Shown in pieces: positions 1 through 11,720 of a DNA stretch of 64,000 nucleotides. Within the stretch, counting starts at the first letter, position 1. Every line of letters begins with the position of its first letter. A program made the translations under genes and the position numbers. The notes below the pieces were generated by a model. That model was given only the letters and a program-made list of their open reading frames with translations. It did not search any database and was not told the DNA's origin. Origin of the DNA: Takakia lepidozioides (taxonomy: Eukaryota > Plantae > Bryophyta); NCBI GenBank assembly GCA_030704615.1, contig CM060734.1, positions 31,806,001 through 31,870,000 of the forward strand. Direction: 5' to 3'.

Positions 1-3000
1 CAGGTTACGTTGTTGTAGGTGGAGATTTTACCTGCCTTCTCATAGACTACGTTGTCCAATGGGAATGTGCCACTCAACCTAGTGTAAAAGGAGGCGGGCT
101 CCTCAAAGTTTCAGCAATCCTAGCATGCTATGTATGATTTATGACCGTACACCTGCTGAGGGTTTGGTCTGGTTGCAGATACTGGAGTTGGCCTTTAACA
201 AAGCAGAGATTGCCGCACGGGTACATTCAGTGATTGACAAGTTTGCAGAGCGCGGACTCCGTTCGTTGGCTGTGGCAAGGCAGGCAAGTGTATTTGCACC
301 AATGGCTCCTCACATATGCCTAGTTGCCTTGATGCATTCATTTATGACTGATGTGAGAAAACCATGTACTGATCGGATTATGTTGTGTGGACACTCTACT
401 AAGAACTAATGAGTTCATCTCTATATAGAGTGTACTGAGGTGAGAGGGATGCACCTTCGTGGGCAGTTGGTTTCAGAATAAGCCATCAGGTTTCTTTCCT
501 TGTGTCTGAAAGTGTTCCAGGTAAATTCGTTGCTATGTAAGATCGTCTGAACTGGAGTAGGTTCACCCTGTTGCAAGGAAAAGCATGCCACCCTTTGGAC
601 ACTGCAGAGTGAGAGTGTTGCTGGCTGTTGACATGAACACTCAGAAAGTGTGTATCAAGGAATCAGCCATCAAGTATGGGTGAAAAGTTGATGAGGGCAT
701 CAGGTTTAAGCACTGTCAGGAACTAATTCAAAAACTCCAATGCATGCAGGAAGTTCCGGAGCAGACGAAGGATAGTGCAGGAAGTCCTTGGCAGTTTTGT
801 GGGTTATTGCCTCTCTTTGATCCACCTCGCCATGACAGTGCTGAGACAATCCGCAGGGCCAATCCGGCAGGGTCCTTAACCTGGAACGTCGTCAATGATA
901 CATTACGAGGTAATTACAGCATGTCATATTATTCCTGTCAATTCATCTCTTCTTGGGGGAGGCAGATGTCAAGTCATTTCTGGGTTGTTGAAAGACGAAA
1001 TTTTGCTTACTAATACCTATGCGGGGTTCTGTGAAGCACTCTGTGAAGCGCACACTGTTGTTCTTGCTTAATGGCTGGGGAGCACATGTGCTAAGTCTCG
1101 GACAGCTGCTAGAACTCCAGCAAATCCTATTTATGCATGTCTGCTATGGTTGTCTCGTATAGATATCTGGCATGCCTCCTCATCTTGGCAAGTTGCTGCT
1201 ACACATAATGTGACCCCACATACATTCTTTTGAGGGTTGTGAGGCGATGTGTGCTGCGCCTTGCTGGCCAAGAATAATGGGATTCTCAGTAGTAAGGAGA
1301 GGGTGAAGAGCGAAAGTAAGACGTGATATTTAGGAGAAAACTGTGGCTGCAGGTGACCAATTGGCAATTGCAAAGGAGACTGGCCGTCGGCTTGGCATGG
1401 GGTCCAACATGTATCCTTCATCATCCCTGCTAGGGCAGAACAAGGACGTAGCACTTGCAGCCTTGCCTATAGATGAGCTTATAGAGAAGGCTGATGGCTT
1501 CGCAGGTGTCTTCCCAGGTGATTCAATTATCTGTTGACTCCATCTTGGTGGTGTATTTCCCTGATTCTGGTAGCCAATATTGTCATTACTAGAGGTTCTT
1601 GCAGGTGTGTTGGTTCATCCCCGAGAATCAAAATGAGCATCAGGCGTAGTCAATTCCTCGTCAGAAATCTGGTTGCACTGACCTCAAATTGTTGTGTGCA
1701 GAGCACAAGTATGAGATAGTGAAGAGGTTGCAAGAGAAAAAACATATTTGTGGAATGACAGGCGATGGTGTGAACGATGCACCAGCTCTGAAGAAGGCAG
1801 ACATTGGTATTGCAGTGGCAGATGCCACAGATGCAGCACGGAGTGCCTCAGACATAGTGCTTACTGAGCCTGGCCTCAGTGTTATCATCAGTGCAGTGTT
1901 AACTAGCCGTGCCATCTTCCAGCGTATGAAAAACTACACGGTGCCTATCTGGACCTCATGTGCCTAGGTGACTGTTTATGCTGTTGAGACAATGTATTTG
2001 AGAGTGGTTGCTATCTTGACTTGATGATAGTGCGCACCCTGTCAGACACTTTTATTTATTTCTTCTGTTACATTTCAGATGACATACTCTGCATATTGCA
2101 TGTATAGGATTTTAGTTTATGCAACTAAGGCCTGGAGGGTTGATTTGGATTTTGCAGATTTATGCTGTTTCTATCACCATCCGTATCGTGGTCAGTACTG
2201 GCACTTCCGCTCTTTGGGTTTCATTTGTTGGAATTTGTTTGCATTCTGGATGTATTGATACACTTTGGATGAGATCTTTACTGAAAGACACTTTACTAAA
2301 AATGTTTGAACTCTCTCTTCTCTCTGCCCCACACTCCCAGACGCCTGTATTTGGAAGCAAAGTCCTGGCAGAGCTTTGAAGATGGAAAAGGAGATTGATG
2401 AAGGGTACTCAAGTTTGTTCCAAGATAGTTACAGTAGTAAGCCATCAAAGGGCTAAGAAGATGTGAACTGTAGTGTAGTATCATGTGCCTGCTTGAGGTG
2501 GGGCTGCATCAACGGGTAACTTGTGTTGAAATGGGGTTGCAGCTAGGATTCATGCTCCTGGCCTTGATTTGGAAGTTCGATTTCTCTCCCTTCATGGTGC
2601 TCATCATAGCCATCCTTAATGATGGTTTGTCTCCATCTACCCTCACAAGCTCACTTCTGACACCTACAAGCAGAATGTTCAAGCCTGGCTCTAGTGGGAT
2701 GATGTATATTTGCATTGGTTTACATTTGTAGAGCTCCCTTCCGCTTTAGTCGGAGATGTCTAGTCTTCAAGGTGGAGTGCTGAGTCTCTGTGAGATGTAA
2801 GCAGGGAATGGGTGATTCCAGGGAGTGGTCCACACTTAATTTGTCTTACATAGTAGAACACTTCTTCAACACATGGGGGTTTTGGGGTTGGACATTAATT
2901 CCTGGTTGCGGCACAGGTACTATCATGACCATATCAAAGGATCGTGTGAAACCATCTCCATTGCCAGATAGCTGGAAGTTGAAAGAAATCTTTGCAACTG

Positions 3001-4872
3001 GAGTTGTCCTTGGTTGCTATCTAGCAATGATGACAGTCGTGTTCTTTTGGGCTGTTCATGAAACTACCTTCTTCGAGGTATGAGACTCCTTTGCATTCTG
3101 ACAAACTCACTAGCTCATCCAGTTAAGCAGTGCCAACGGTATTCAGAGAACAAATACTGTGCACTACAAAGAACAACAGCCATGTGAAGGCACCTTTTGG
3201 GGTATGCGTGGTTTTGGCCATCATCTTAAGTTGAAGGCATTCATATCTTAGTCTTGGTGTAGGTCTCTATATGAGACCTACTTATTTTGGGAATGTGTGT
3301 TGGAAGTACTGCTGCTGAAATGATCAGAGACACCTGGGATGAATGCAGAGAACTTTCCATGTACGTGACATCAGGTACAGCAACAGCCAATTGACAGCTG
3401 CTGTGTACTTGCAAGTCAGCATTATAAGCCAGGCCCTCATTTTTGTGACACGCTCACGCAGTTGGTCATTTGTAGAGCGACCTGGCCTGCTGCTTCTGGG
3501 TGCGTTTGTCGTTGCCCAGCTGGTGAGTCTCTTTGCTACGCATCACCCCCTCTCAGTCCACGTTCAAAGTTCAATCAATGGGAAAGGGTGGGCAATAGAA
3601 CTAGTCGTAAAGAGGCTTCAGTTCTCAGGTCAAGCAGCCAAAGGTTGCCATAACATGGTGGGAAGCAGAAGGCAGGGACTTCAGGCCCCATTAGTGGATT
3701 TGTGTTTAGATCGCCTTGTGGGCATGGACACTCAACCACTTCCATACAGACCAAAACCAGGGTATAGTGGGGCCCAAGGGAACAGAGGTGTAGATTGTCT
3801 TTAATGTGTTGCCATTTGTATGTTGTGTCAGGTTGCGACATTCATAGCAGTGTATGCAGTGTGGGCATTTGCGAATATACGGGGAATTGGGTGGGGGTGG
3901 GCTGGAGTAATTTGGCTTTACAGCCTCGTCACTTACTTTCCACTTGACGTTCTCAAGTTCTTGATTCGCTATACCCTGAGTGGAAAGGCATGGGATCTCA
4001 TGCTTGAGCGCAAGGTACTGTGTTTTGCTGCTTTTGTAACAGAGCCAGTTATGGTTCTTGAGCTGTGTTCTATGCTGCTATTTAGACGTAGGTGTTAGGC
4101 AATATCTTTATTTTTTAGTCTTAGCTGGTGAGCATAAAAGCATACGGCTGTCTGGTTGATTTAGGGATATGGTGGGCATGGCATTGCCTCTCTGACCAGG
4201 GCACTGTCCTCATTTAATTGATGTTGAAGTTTCCCACAAGAAGCGGTTGTCATTCCTCCAGCCCTCATCATTATGTCAAAGGTTGTCAGCAGGTGGCCTC
4301 AAATGTACATATCAGATTATGCTGTGCCATAGCTTTGTGCCTGAAGATCCACGAGAAATCATGAGAGTTTTCGAGGATGGCAGGAAATTATAGGAGAGAG
4401 GTGGATGCCAGCTTGTGTGCTGGGCATAATGCCACGCACTGAGCAGTGCAAATGTGTGTTGGGTGTGGTGCAGACTGCTTTCACACGGCAGAAGGACTTT
4501 GGGAAGGAGGCACGTGAAGCTCAATGGGCCCATGCACCGCGTACATTGCATGGGCTTCACCCGCCACAGTCACCCCCCCCCACCGAGCGTGGTGGCAACA
4601 AAGAGTTGGGTGACATGGCTGACCAAGCGAAAAGACGTGCAGATATTGCCAGGTTGATTCTCCACAAAGTTGTCAGGCCTTATTCACTTGCATTAGTTCA
4701 TTCAAAAGCTACCCAAAATCCAAGTTCACTGTGGAAAGCAAATTTTTTGCTGATTGTGAAAGATGGCATATGCAGGTTACGAGAGATGCACACATTGAAA
4801 GGCCATGTGGAATCCGTGGTGCGTTTGAAGGGTTTGGATATCAATACCATCCAGCAGGCATATACAGTTTAG
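1..4872 (+). CDS. AHA: Plasma-membrane H+-ATPase (P3A-type, penultimate-Thr class), 3' part; 5' exons lie upstream of the window
   Basis: Phase-consistent exons: ..3, 179-283, 750-909, 1353-1517, 1702-1940, 2158-2190, 2543-2624, 2917-3077, 3349-3522, 3832-4014, 4474-4652, 4776-4872. Motifs [55 protein letters not shown]|[11 protein letters not shown] and C-terminal QQAYTV*. GC donor at 284. The end of exon 750-909 is garbled (see findings). Confidence 0.96.
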
Positions 4873-5689
4873 ATTTTTGTCTTAAGCACTTGTATATGGA
4901 CGAGGGTTTCTGGCAGACTTTCTTTTCTAGTGTGTAGATAAAAGTGCGGGTAAAGACAGGTCAAATGATTGGGATAGATATTTCTTCTTTGCTCTCTAGA
5001 CACCTTCTTGGTTAGGTAGGAAAGATGGGAGGGACATTTGCTTTCGATGACCATGTGGAGGAGAATTATCCAGAAGAGGTGCAACAGGGCGGGGGGAAGA
5101 TGAGAGGGGAGGGGGATCAGACCTGAGCTCCTAAGGTGCTCAGTGAGTACTTAAGTATTGTAACATTTCCACAATTCTTGTCATTTTGAAGGTCAGGAAA
5201 GCTTCGTCAGTGTCCATTGTTTGTCCTAATGTCTACCCACCTACCTGTGATCTATCTCTTGTACTGATATCTTAAGAATGGATTCACCTGACCCACCTGA
5301 CCAGGTTATGTCTCGACCAAGTCCTTCTTGGGGACAATTTACAGCACTTCCAAGTTCATTCCTTCCGTTTGTTGAGTGCGTAGCTGTCGCCCGTGCCTGT
5401 ATGCATGTCTCACCAGCGTGTGAAGGATCTATAGATCTCCTGTGACTCGTGCATACTTGCTGTGTGTCTGGTAACTGTTCCACACGCAAATGTCCAGGAG
5501 AGGAAATGTACTCATAAGACTGTTTGCGGTAGCCTGTGGCCATAGACCCCGTGCCCAGTTTGGGTAGAAACACAGGGAATGTACTCCTCTCTGTGAGGGG
5601 CTCACTCCAGTAGTGTGATTTACCTTGGTATAAACAATTAGTTTGGGCTTTCCAGATATCCTCTAGAAAGCCCTCCACACAAGCATCAT

Positions 5690-5722
5690 CTGTTGGGCTG
5701 CTCTGTGTGAGCAGCCCAACAG
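5690..5722. repeat. Perfect 14-bp-stem hairpin
   Basis: ctgttgggctgctc-tgtgt-gagcagcccaacag; function unknown. Confidence 0.8.
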
Positions 5723-6667
5723 TTAGACCCTAACAGTGCCAGGGCTGTAGGCTCAGCCTGGAGAATGTCCAGGAGAGAGAGACAGCTACACGGGATGCCA
5801 ACTCTGAATCCATGGCCTTACACAATTTACAAAAGACAAATAACTTGCCTTTCACTCCCTCATTCTCTAACAGAGAGGGAGACAATGTTCAGGTGGCTCA
5901 TGTTGATGCAAAGATGTTGTAGAAGGAGATCAAGATGTGAGACAAACTTCCATAAGAGGATTATGGAAGACTGTTTAATGAAGAGGTGAGACAAAGAGCC
6001 CCGCTCAGACTGCTGTGATGGTAATGGCACCTTAAATGACTGACTGGAGTATGCACATTGTTGGAAATATTCACATTACAATCAGAGAGACTCTCTTCCA
6101 TCTGCTACCATCAAAGTAAATGCTAGAAAGTTTGGAGCAAAAGATGCCCTCGATTCAATCTGTGTTTTGCCAAGTTGCAAACAGTGTGACAACTCCAATA
6201 TTGGCAGTTTTGGTAGACCAGTCAAGTATTCCCCCAAATGTGTTGGAAAAAAAAAACCTAATCACACACCTGGAAGAGATGGAATGACCATTTAGATTGT
6301 TAGGTTTTAGTGGGCTGACATATTATGGTATTATGCGCGTTTGTGGGTTCTGCGTCGAGCAGTGGTAGGCTTTGTAAATCTGCTTCAAACTTGTTATCTT
6401 CACCATTTTCTTCGAACCGATGTAATAATTTTCAAGATATGAGGTAAGAATGTTACCTCTGAAATATTAGTATCATCTTACAAATGCACTTGTTTGAAAA
6501 AAATGATTTAGTACATGGTAAAAGACAGGTTGAGTGACGAGTCTTCAAGCAAACTTTTGGCAAGGGTTTTCTGTGAATTTATATATTATTTGTTGATTGT
6601 TTTTATAATAATTAGAGATTGGTGGCAAGAGCGGGGCAGGATCCAACTTGTATTGTGCCGAGTTATT

Positions 6668-6696
6668 CTAGCGACGACCGAAGGTCGGAAGCTAGT
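6668..6696 (+). mobile_element. Possible Helitron 3' terminus
   Basis: Hairpin cgacc-gaa-ggtcg followed 4 nt later by CTAG|T (6692-6696), after ~350 bp of AT-rich sequence. No 5' TC end identified. Confidence 0.35.
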
Positions 6697-7124
6697 TTAG
6701 CGTAGAGCAGATATAGGGTGCCATAGCGCCACATCATCGTCGTCAAATTTTTGGAATCCGCCTGAGATGCCCCAAACTAACCGGTGTCTTGCAGCGCAGG
6801 GAAGGAATGATGATGTCCTGGCGGAGGGGTTTCACACACCGATCGTAGATGGGACATTTGTAAATTATGAGTACACCGCAGGAGCTCGCAAGGTGTGGCT
6901 TTTGCATAAGAAGTTTGTCCATCCTGCAATGTGGGCTCTCGGCTCCTGTTAGTACCATGATTTGGTATTCTTCATGATGTGTACAGGGTTCTTGGGAGAG
7001 TCAGCTTGGTCTTGGCATGCCGTGTTGCAATCTCTGCCTGCTCAGCTGTACCGTGGTGGTTCTCAGACCAATCCGACATTACCTGACTATAGACACAAGC
7101 AATAGCACACACAAGAGGTCCTTT

Positions 7125-8205
7125 TGGGTTGATGGTCGGTCAAATCCTCCCTGTGTCATGACACAAAGTCGAGGACAATGTGGGGAGAGCACCTTCTTCT
7201 TCGACCTATTTCAGCCTGTTTTGCCCTCTCATGATCAGACTCGGCCCTGAGATGCATATTGAATTCTGTAAGTTAGCTCGTTGGGTGGATCTGTGGTGGT
7301 TGGAGTGACTTTGACAAGTTACTGCCGATGTGGCAGCAGGAAAGTATCCAAAAACAGATAACAGAGATGAGGAGAAGCTTTTGATGAACACTTTTCCGAC
7401 CCCAGTCAATGGTGGGACAATGGAGACAAAAAGGTGAATGCCTGTTGGACTACAGAGAGAAGCAGATGCAATTCAGAATTGGAACTACTGTAATAAGTAG
7501 GGTTGGGGTGTTTGGTTTAGGGCAATGACCAGAAAGGCTACTATGGGGGGTCACTGTACCCGTTTTTCTCAAGGGCAGTCATCTCTATGCACAGCATGGG
7601 TGTGGGATGGAGGCTCTTGATGCCTGTTGGAAGCAGACGCAAACCAGCGTAGGAACTAGTGTGATAAGTAGGGTTGGGGTGTTTGCTGGAACAATTCTAG
7701 GTTGTCTTCTAGGCTGTCATTGACCGCTGCTAAGGCAAGGATGTATGCATGATTTGTGCAGAGGCATGGATAGCTGAAGGAGCAGTAATAGAGTGTGGGT
7801 CCACATTCATCCAAGAGGGCTGGATTTCAAGCTCCAGATTACCTATGATTCCCTATGGAAGGATAGGTACAAGAAACCTGCATGGGTAGATGGTCAACTG
7901 GAAGCCGCAGCAGCAGCGGCACAATTGATAGAATCAGGCACTGCTAATCAAAGCACCTTCTTCAACACATTTCACCCTGTTTTTCCCTCTTATCAGAATC
8001 GGCCCTAAATTTCCATGTTGAATTCTGCAAGTTAGCTGGTTGAGTGAACCTTTGATAGTTTGGAGTGACTTTGACATGATACTGCCAAGTGACAACAGGA
8101 AAGTATCCAGAAACAGGTAACAGTTCATGATTTGTACACAGGCAAGGATAGCTGAAGGACCAGGGATAGAGGTCCAGATTCATCCAAATGGGCCGGATTT
8201 CACTT
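7125..8205 (+). repeat. Mosaic of local direct duplications
   Basis: 7188-7365 resembles 7952-8125 (agcaccttcttc...ggaaagtatcca..aacag). 7480-7515 resembles 7652-7686 (ggaacta..gt.ataagtagggttggggtgtttg). 7748-7830 resembles 8126-8201 (catgatttgt.ca.aggca.ggatagctgaagga). Confidence 0.85.
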
Positions 8206-8367
8206 GGTTGGCTGAACAACAATTTCAAGTGATACCCTTGTCAGTTTTCCTGCTATAGAGGCATGATTATTCGTCAATGAACGCCGTTAAATTGGCTTGG
8301 GCCTGTAGTAGAATCATCTTGTTTGGCACTTCTAGAGCCAGGCCAGATATAATGTGGGATTGTGGTA

Positions 8368-9428
8368 GGTTCCCGCTTGGGTGTGGTGGAGCTCACTGTT
8401 GCCCTGCACCATGTTTTAATACACCAGAGGACAAGATTCTGTGGGATGTTGGCCATCAGGTATGTCTACTTTTCTTCACTTGGCTTAAAGCACTGTAAGT
8501 GCTCAAATGCCTTTTTGTCTTTTGAATAATTGCAGGATGAATCAGTTTGGCATCTGGGATTTATGATGGTTGCACTTAAATTGGTGTAGGCGTATCCACA
8601 CAAGATTCTGACGGGGAGACGGTCAAGAATGCTCACATTACGACAAATTGATGGTCTGTCAGGCTTCACAAAATGTTCTGAGAGTGAATATGATCCCTTT
8701 GGGGCTGGTCACAGTTCAACCAGCATATCTGCTGGTTTAGGTGAGAACAATTGCATCTCAATTTGTGGTATGGATTATGTTCAGTAGAGAAAGAGAGGAG
8801 GGGGGGTTGTGACTGTTCACGGGGCTAAGGCAGCAGTGTGATTGCACTAGGGATACAATTGAAAGTGACACATGCAAACATCTCGGTTCTCATTCTGGAG
8901 CCCATTACATGATTGTCAGGAGTGAAGTCTAAACTAACCAAGTTTTACAAGGTAAATAAAAATTTGTTGACTTGCCAAATCAGGCACTGAAAAAGTGTCC
9001 TAAAGATTTGGGAATCAAAAGATTCATCCAAAGGTTGCATCATGGAACTCTGTTATGTACTCACATGTTTACTGCTCGTAGATGTTGTTCCAGAAGCCTT
9101 TGAAGCCCTTGAGTTGGATGTCTGGATTCACTTGGGGCTGGTACATCTTGCAGGTATGGCTGTGGGGCGAGATCTTAAAGGAAGGAATAACAATGTGATA
9201 TCCGTTATTGGAGATGGGTCTCTGGCAGCCGGGCAAGCATATGAAGCAATGAACAATGCCGGTTACTTGGACTCGAATATGATTGTCGTTCTCAATGATA
9301 ACAAGCAAGTCTCTCTCCCAATTGCGACTCTTGATGGGCCTGCCCCCCCTGTTGGTGCCCTTAGGCGCAATGTGCTTAGCAGACTTCAATCGGGCAGGCC
9401 ACTCCGTGGGCTTCGGGAGGTTGCCAAG
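8368..9428 (+). pseudogene. DXS: 1-deoxy-D-xylulose-5-phosphate synthase fragment (3 exons, introns retained, truncated at both ends)
   Basis: Exon ~8368-8459 reads GSRLGVVELTVALHHV, then a 1-nt frameshift near 8415, then NTPEDKILWDVGHQ. Exon 8590-8740 reads [11 protein letters not shown]...[14 protein letters not shown]. Exon 9154-9428 carries the TPP motif GDG...NDNKQVSLP. No other DXS exons found. Confidence 0.9.
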
Positions 9429-10203
9429 GTACTTTAATTTTGTACTTTTGACATAAATAGGTATAAAAATATTAGAGATGAGCTTCTGGCTGGATCGTGG
9501 CAGTAAAGTACTCTTGAGTGGATTGTCCCTGTGGGATGTGAACTCTTCCTAAGCTAGTCCTCAAATTGTCATCCACCAGGCTCCACTGTACTCCATCAAA
9601 TGGCAGACAGCTCTTGTGACCCCAAGAAATCTCACTCTGAACTTTGTTGTCTCGTCACCTTAAATAGAACTAGGGCTTCGCATTGCTCCGCACTACTAGC
9701 GACGACCTCTGAGAAGGACGTCTAGACGGATGGGCCATACTCAAGGTTTATGAGAGAGACTACGGATCATGTTTGCGTGGACCTTATGTTCTCTATGTTG
9801 TAAAACAGAAACCACATGCAATAGGACAAGTAGATTTGGATTATGACGAAATAGAGAGAATTGAAGACGTTTTAAAGATGAGAAGAAGAATGGCTTTTAT
9901 AAATATGGTGGCCTTTACATTGATATTTGGTTTCAAAAGTTTACATGTGTCTAATTTCTGCCCTAACAAACTATGCTTTTGCTCCATTTGTCATCTTAAG
10001 ATTCTATGTCCTCTAGTGTTTTGGCCAACAATTTGACCCCTTTTAATTGGAACAAAAGTCCGTGTTTTACCAACGCTGGGTGTTATGTAAATTTATGAAT
10101 GTGTGTCTCTCACTGTTGGGAGCTGATGAAAGTTTGTGGGGAGTGTCGGCAGCTTGTCACTGCAAGACATGAGAAGTTGATGGTCTGAGTCACTCTGATT
10201 GTA

Positions 10204-10555
10204 AAGCACTTTGGTTGCATGGTGGACCTTCTTGGACGTGCGGGACAACTAAATGAGGCAATGGACCTAGTTAATAAAATGCCAATCAATCCAGATGTTG
10301 TGGTGTGGAAGGCCTTGCTTGTGCCTGCAGAATCCATGGCAATGTGGAGATTGTTGAATGTGCGGCAACATCTATCCTTACGTGGGATGAACAGGATGCC
10401 GCGACTTATGTGTTGCTATCAAACATCTATGCTGCAACTGGCAGGTGGATGATACTGCAAAGGTGAGAAACATGATGAAGATCAAGGGTGTCAGAAAGGA
10501 GCCAGGTCGATCCTGTATTGAGGTTGGCAAGAGGGTGCGGATGTTCGTTGGTTGA
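10204..10555 (+). pseudogene. PLS-class PPR protein fragment (last repeat plus E/E+ domains)
   Basis: HFGCMVDLLGRAGQLNEAMDLVNKMPINPDVVVWKALL, frameshift, ACRIHGNVE...DAATYVLLSNIYAATGRW, frameshift, DTAKVRNMMKIKGVRKEPGRSCIEV. The two 1-nt deletions are near 10320 and 10448. Confidence 0.9.
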
Positions 10556-10606
10556 GCCTATGGTGCCTGATTGAACAAATCGCATGATTGAAATGATAAG
10601 GCAGTG

Positions 10607-10634
10607 CTCTCTCTCTCTCTCTCTCTCTCTCTCT
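10607..10634. repeat. (CT)14 microsatellite
   Basis: Direct read. Confidence 0.95.
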
Positions 10635-10789
10635 TAGGCAGGCTCATTTGATCTACGACCGTAGCCTTGTACTCAACACAAATGTGATGCATGGGGCTGT
10701 AGTTGCACTGCCCATTTCTCAATATTGTCTAGACAATCAAGAGAAAGTCAGTTGGCAGTCCCCCAAGGTGGATAGAAATTAAGTTAGAG

Positions 10790-11720
10790 AGAGAGAAGAC
10801 TCCAGCCAAAGCGGGCGTAACTAAGAGCTACTTTGCCTTACGGCTACTACCCCTTTCGGGGGTGGGCCCTATAAAGAAAACAGGTGTCCAGGGGACACTG
10901 GGTAACCAGGAGAGGGTAGACTTAGGGTATCGATGGTATAGTGTACCTGGGGGTACCGCAGAGGGGTTGGACTCGAATCGTCGCTTATTGGTGATGATGA
11001 CAGTGAGGGAGCGAAGCGCATTGAGGTGGATGGCTTTAAAGCATTTGTGGATCGGGGAGATAGGGATTTTAAGATTGTCGTATAACGCGTTTATACTGGC
11101 GGGTATGAATCTTATCTTTAGTACCGGTTGTGATAATTGATAGGGGGTCGGTGCGCCACCCATGCTTGATGGGTAAGCCGTAGACAAGTAGGATATCCGG
11201 GCAGAGCTGAGAGGGATAGGTACAGGGTGAGTGATGACAAGTACACGGAAGTATCCAGTGAGGGACAATGTGGTCAGGGGTCGGCCTTGGTAGGTATCAG
11301 CATTGATGAGTGAGAACCATCTGGTTTCTGATCTGGACATGAGAAGTTTATGGATGTGCCAAACTGCATAATTATGGCGAGTGACGCGGAGACTATGTAT
11401 AACGGGGTGAGTACACTGACTAAAGAGGTGGGGCCAGATGTCCCATACTGTATGTGTATGTGAGCATAATAGGTAGTTGGGGAATAGGAATAGGCGTGGT
11501 CAAAAGATGTGCTTGCGTTTGTGTCCCATGTATTGGGTGTATCGAAATTTGAGTGTTTGTCGGATTTGCGCGTCGATGACAGTCTTGGTATGCCAGTAGT
11601 ATGAAGTAGTTTGACAATTTGTGGTGAAGAACTGTATATTGTGTCTATTTTTGGATATGGGCTTTGGTATGGCTGGTAGAGGCTAAGGCTTATTTGCCAT
11701 TGATGTCATGTTCTTTCCTT
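10790..11720 (-). mobile_element. 3' fragment of an RLE-type non-LTR retrotransposon (Dualen/RandI-like), decayed
   Basis: Minus strand gives a zinc-finger remnant LLC..DIWPHLFSQC....TRHNYAV. A second frame gives IVPHWILPCTC...QLCPDILLV (RLE R-PD motif). The C-terminus reads IHLNALRSLTVIITNKRRFE. Confidence 0.6.

Noticed and set aside
8410-10450. Idea that all frameshifts are homopolymer sequencing errors
   Set aside because: The DXS and PPR pieces are also truncated, and ~5.3 kb of CFAP57 and P450 coding sequence shows no indels. Individual errors remain possible.
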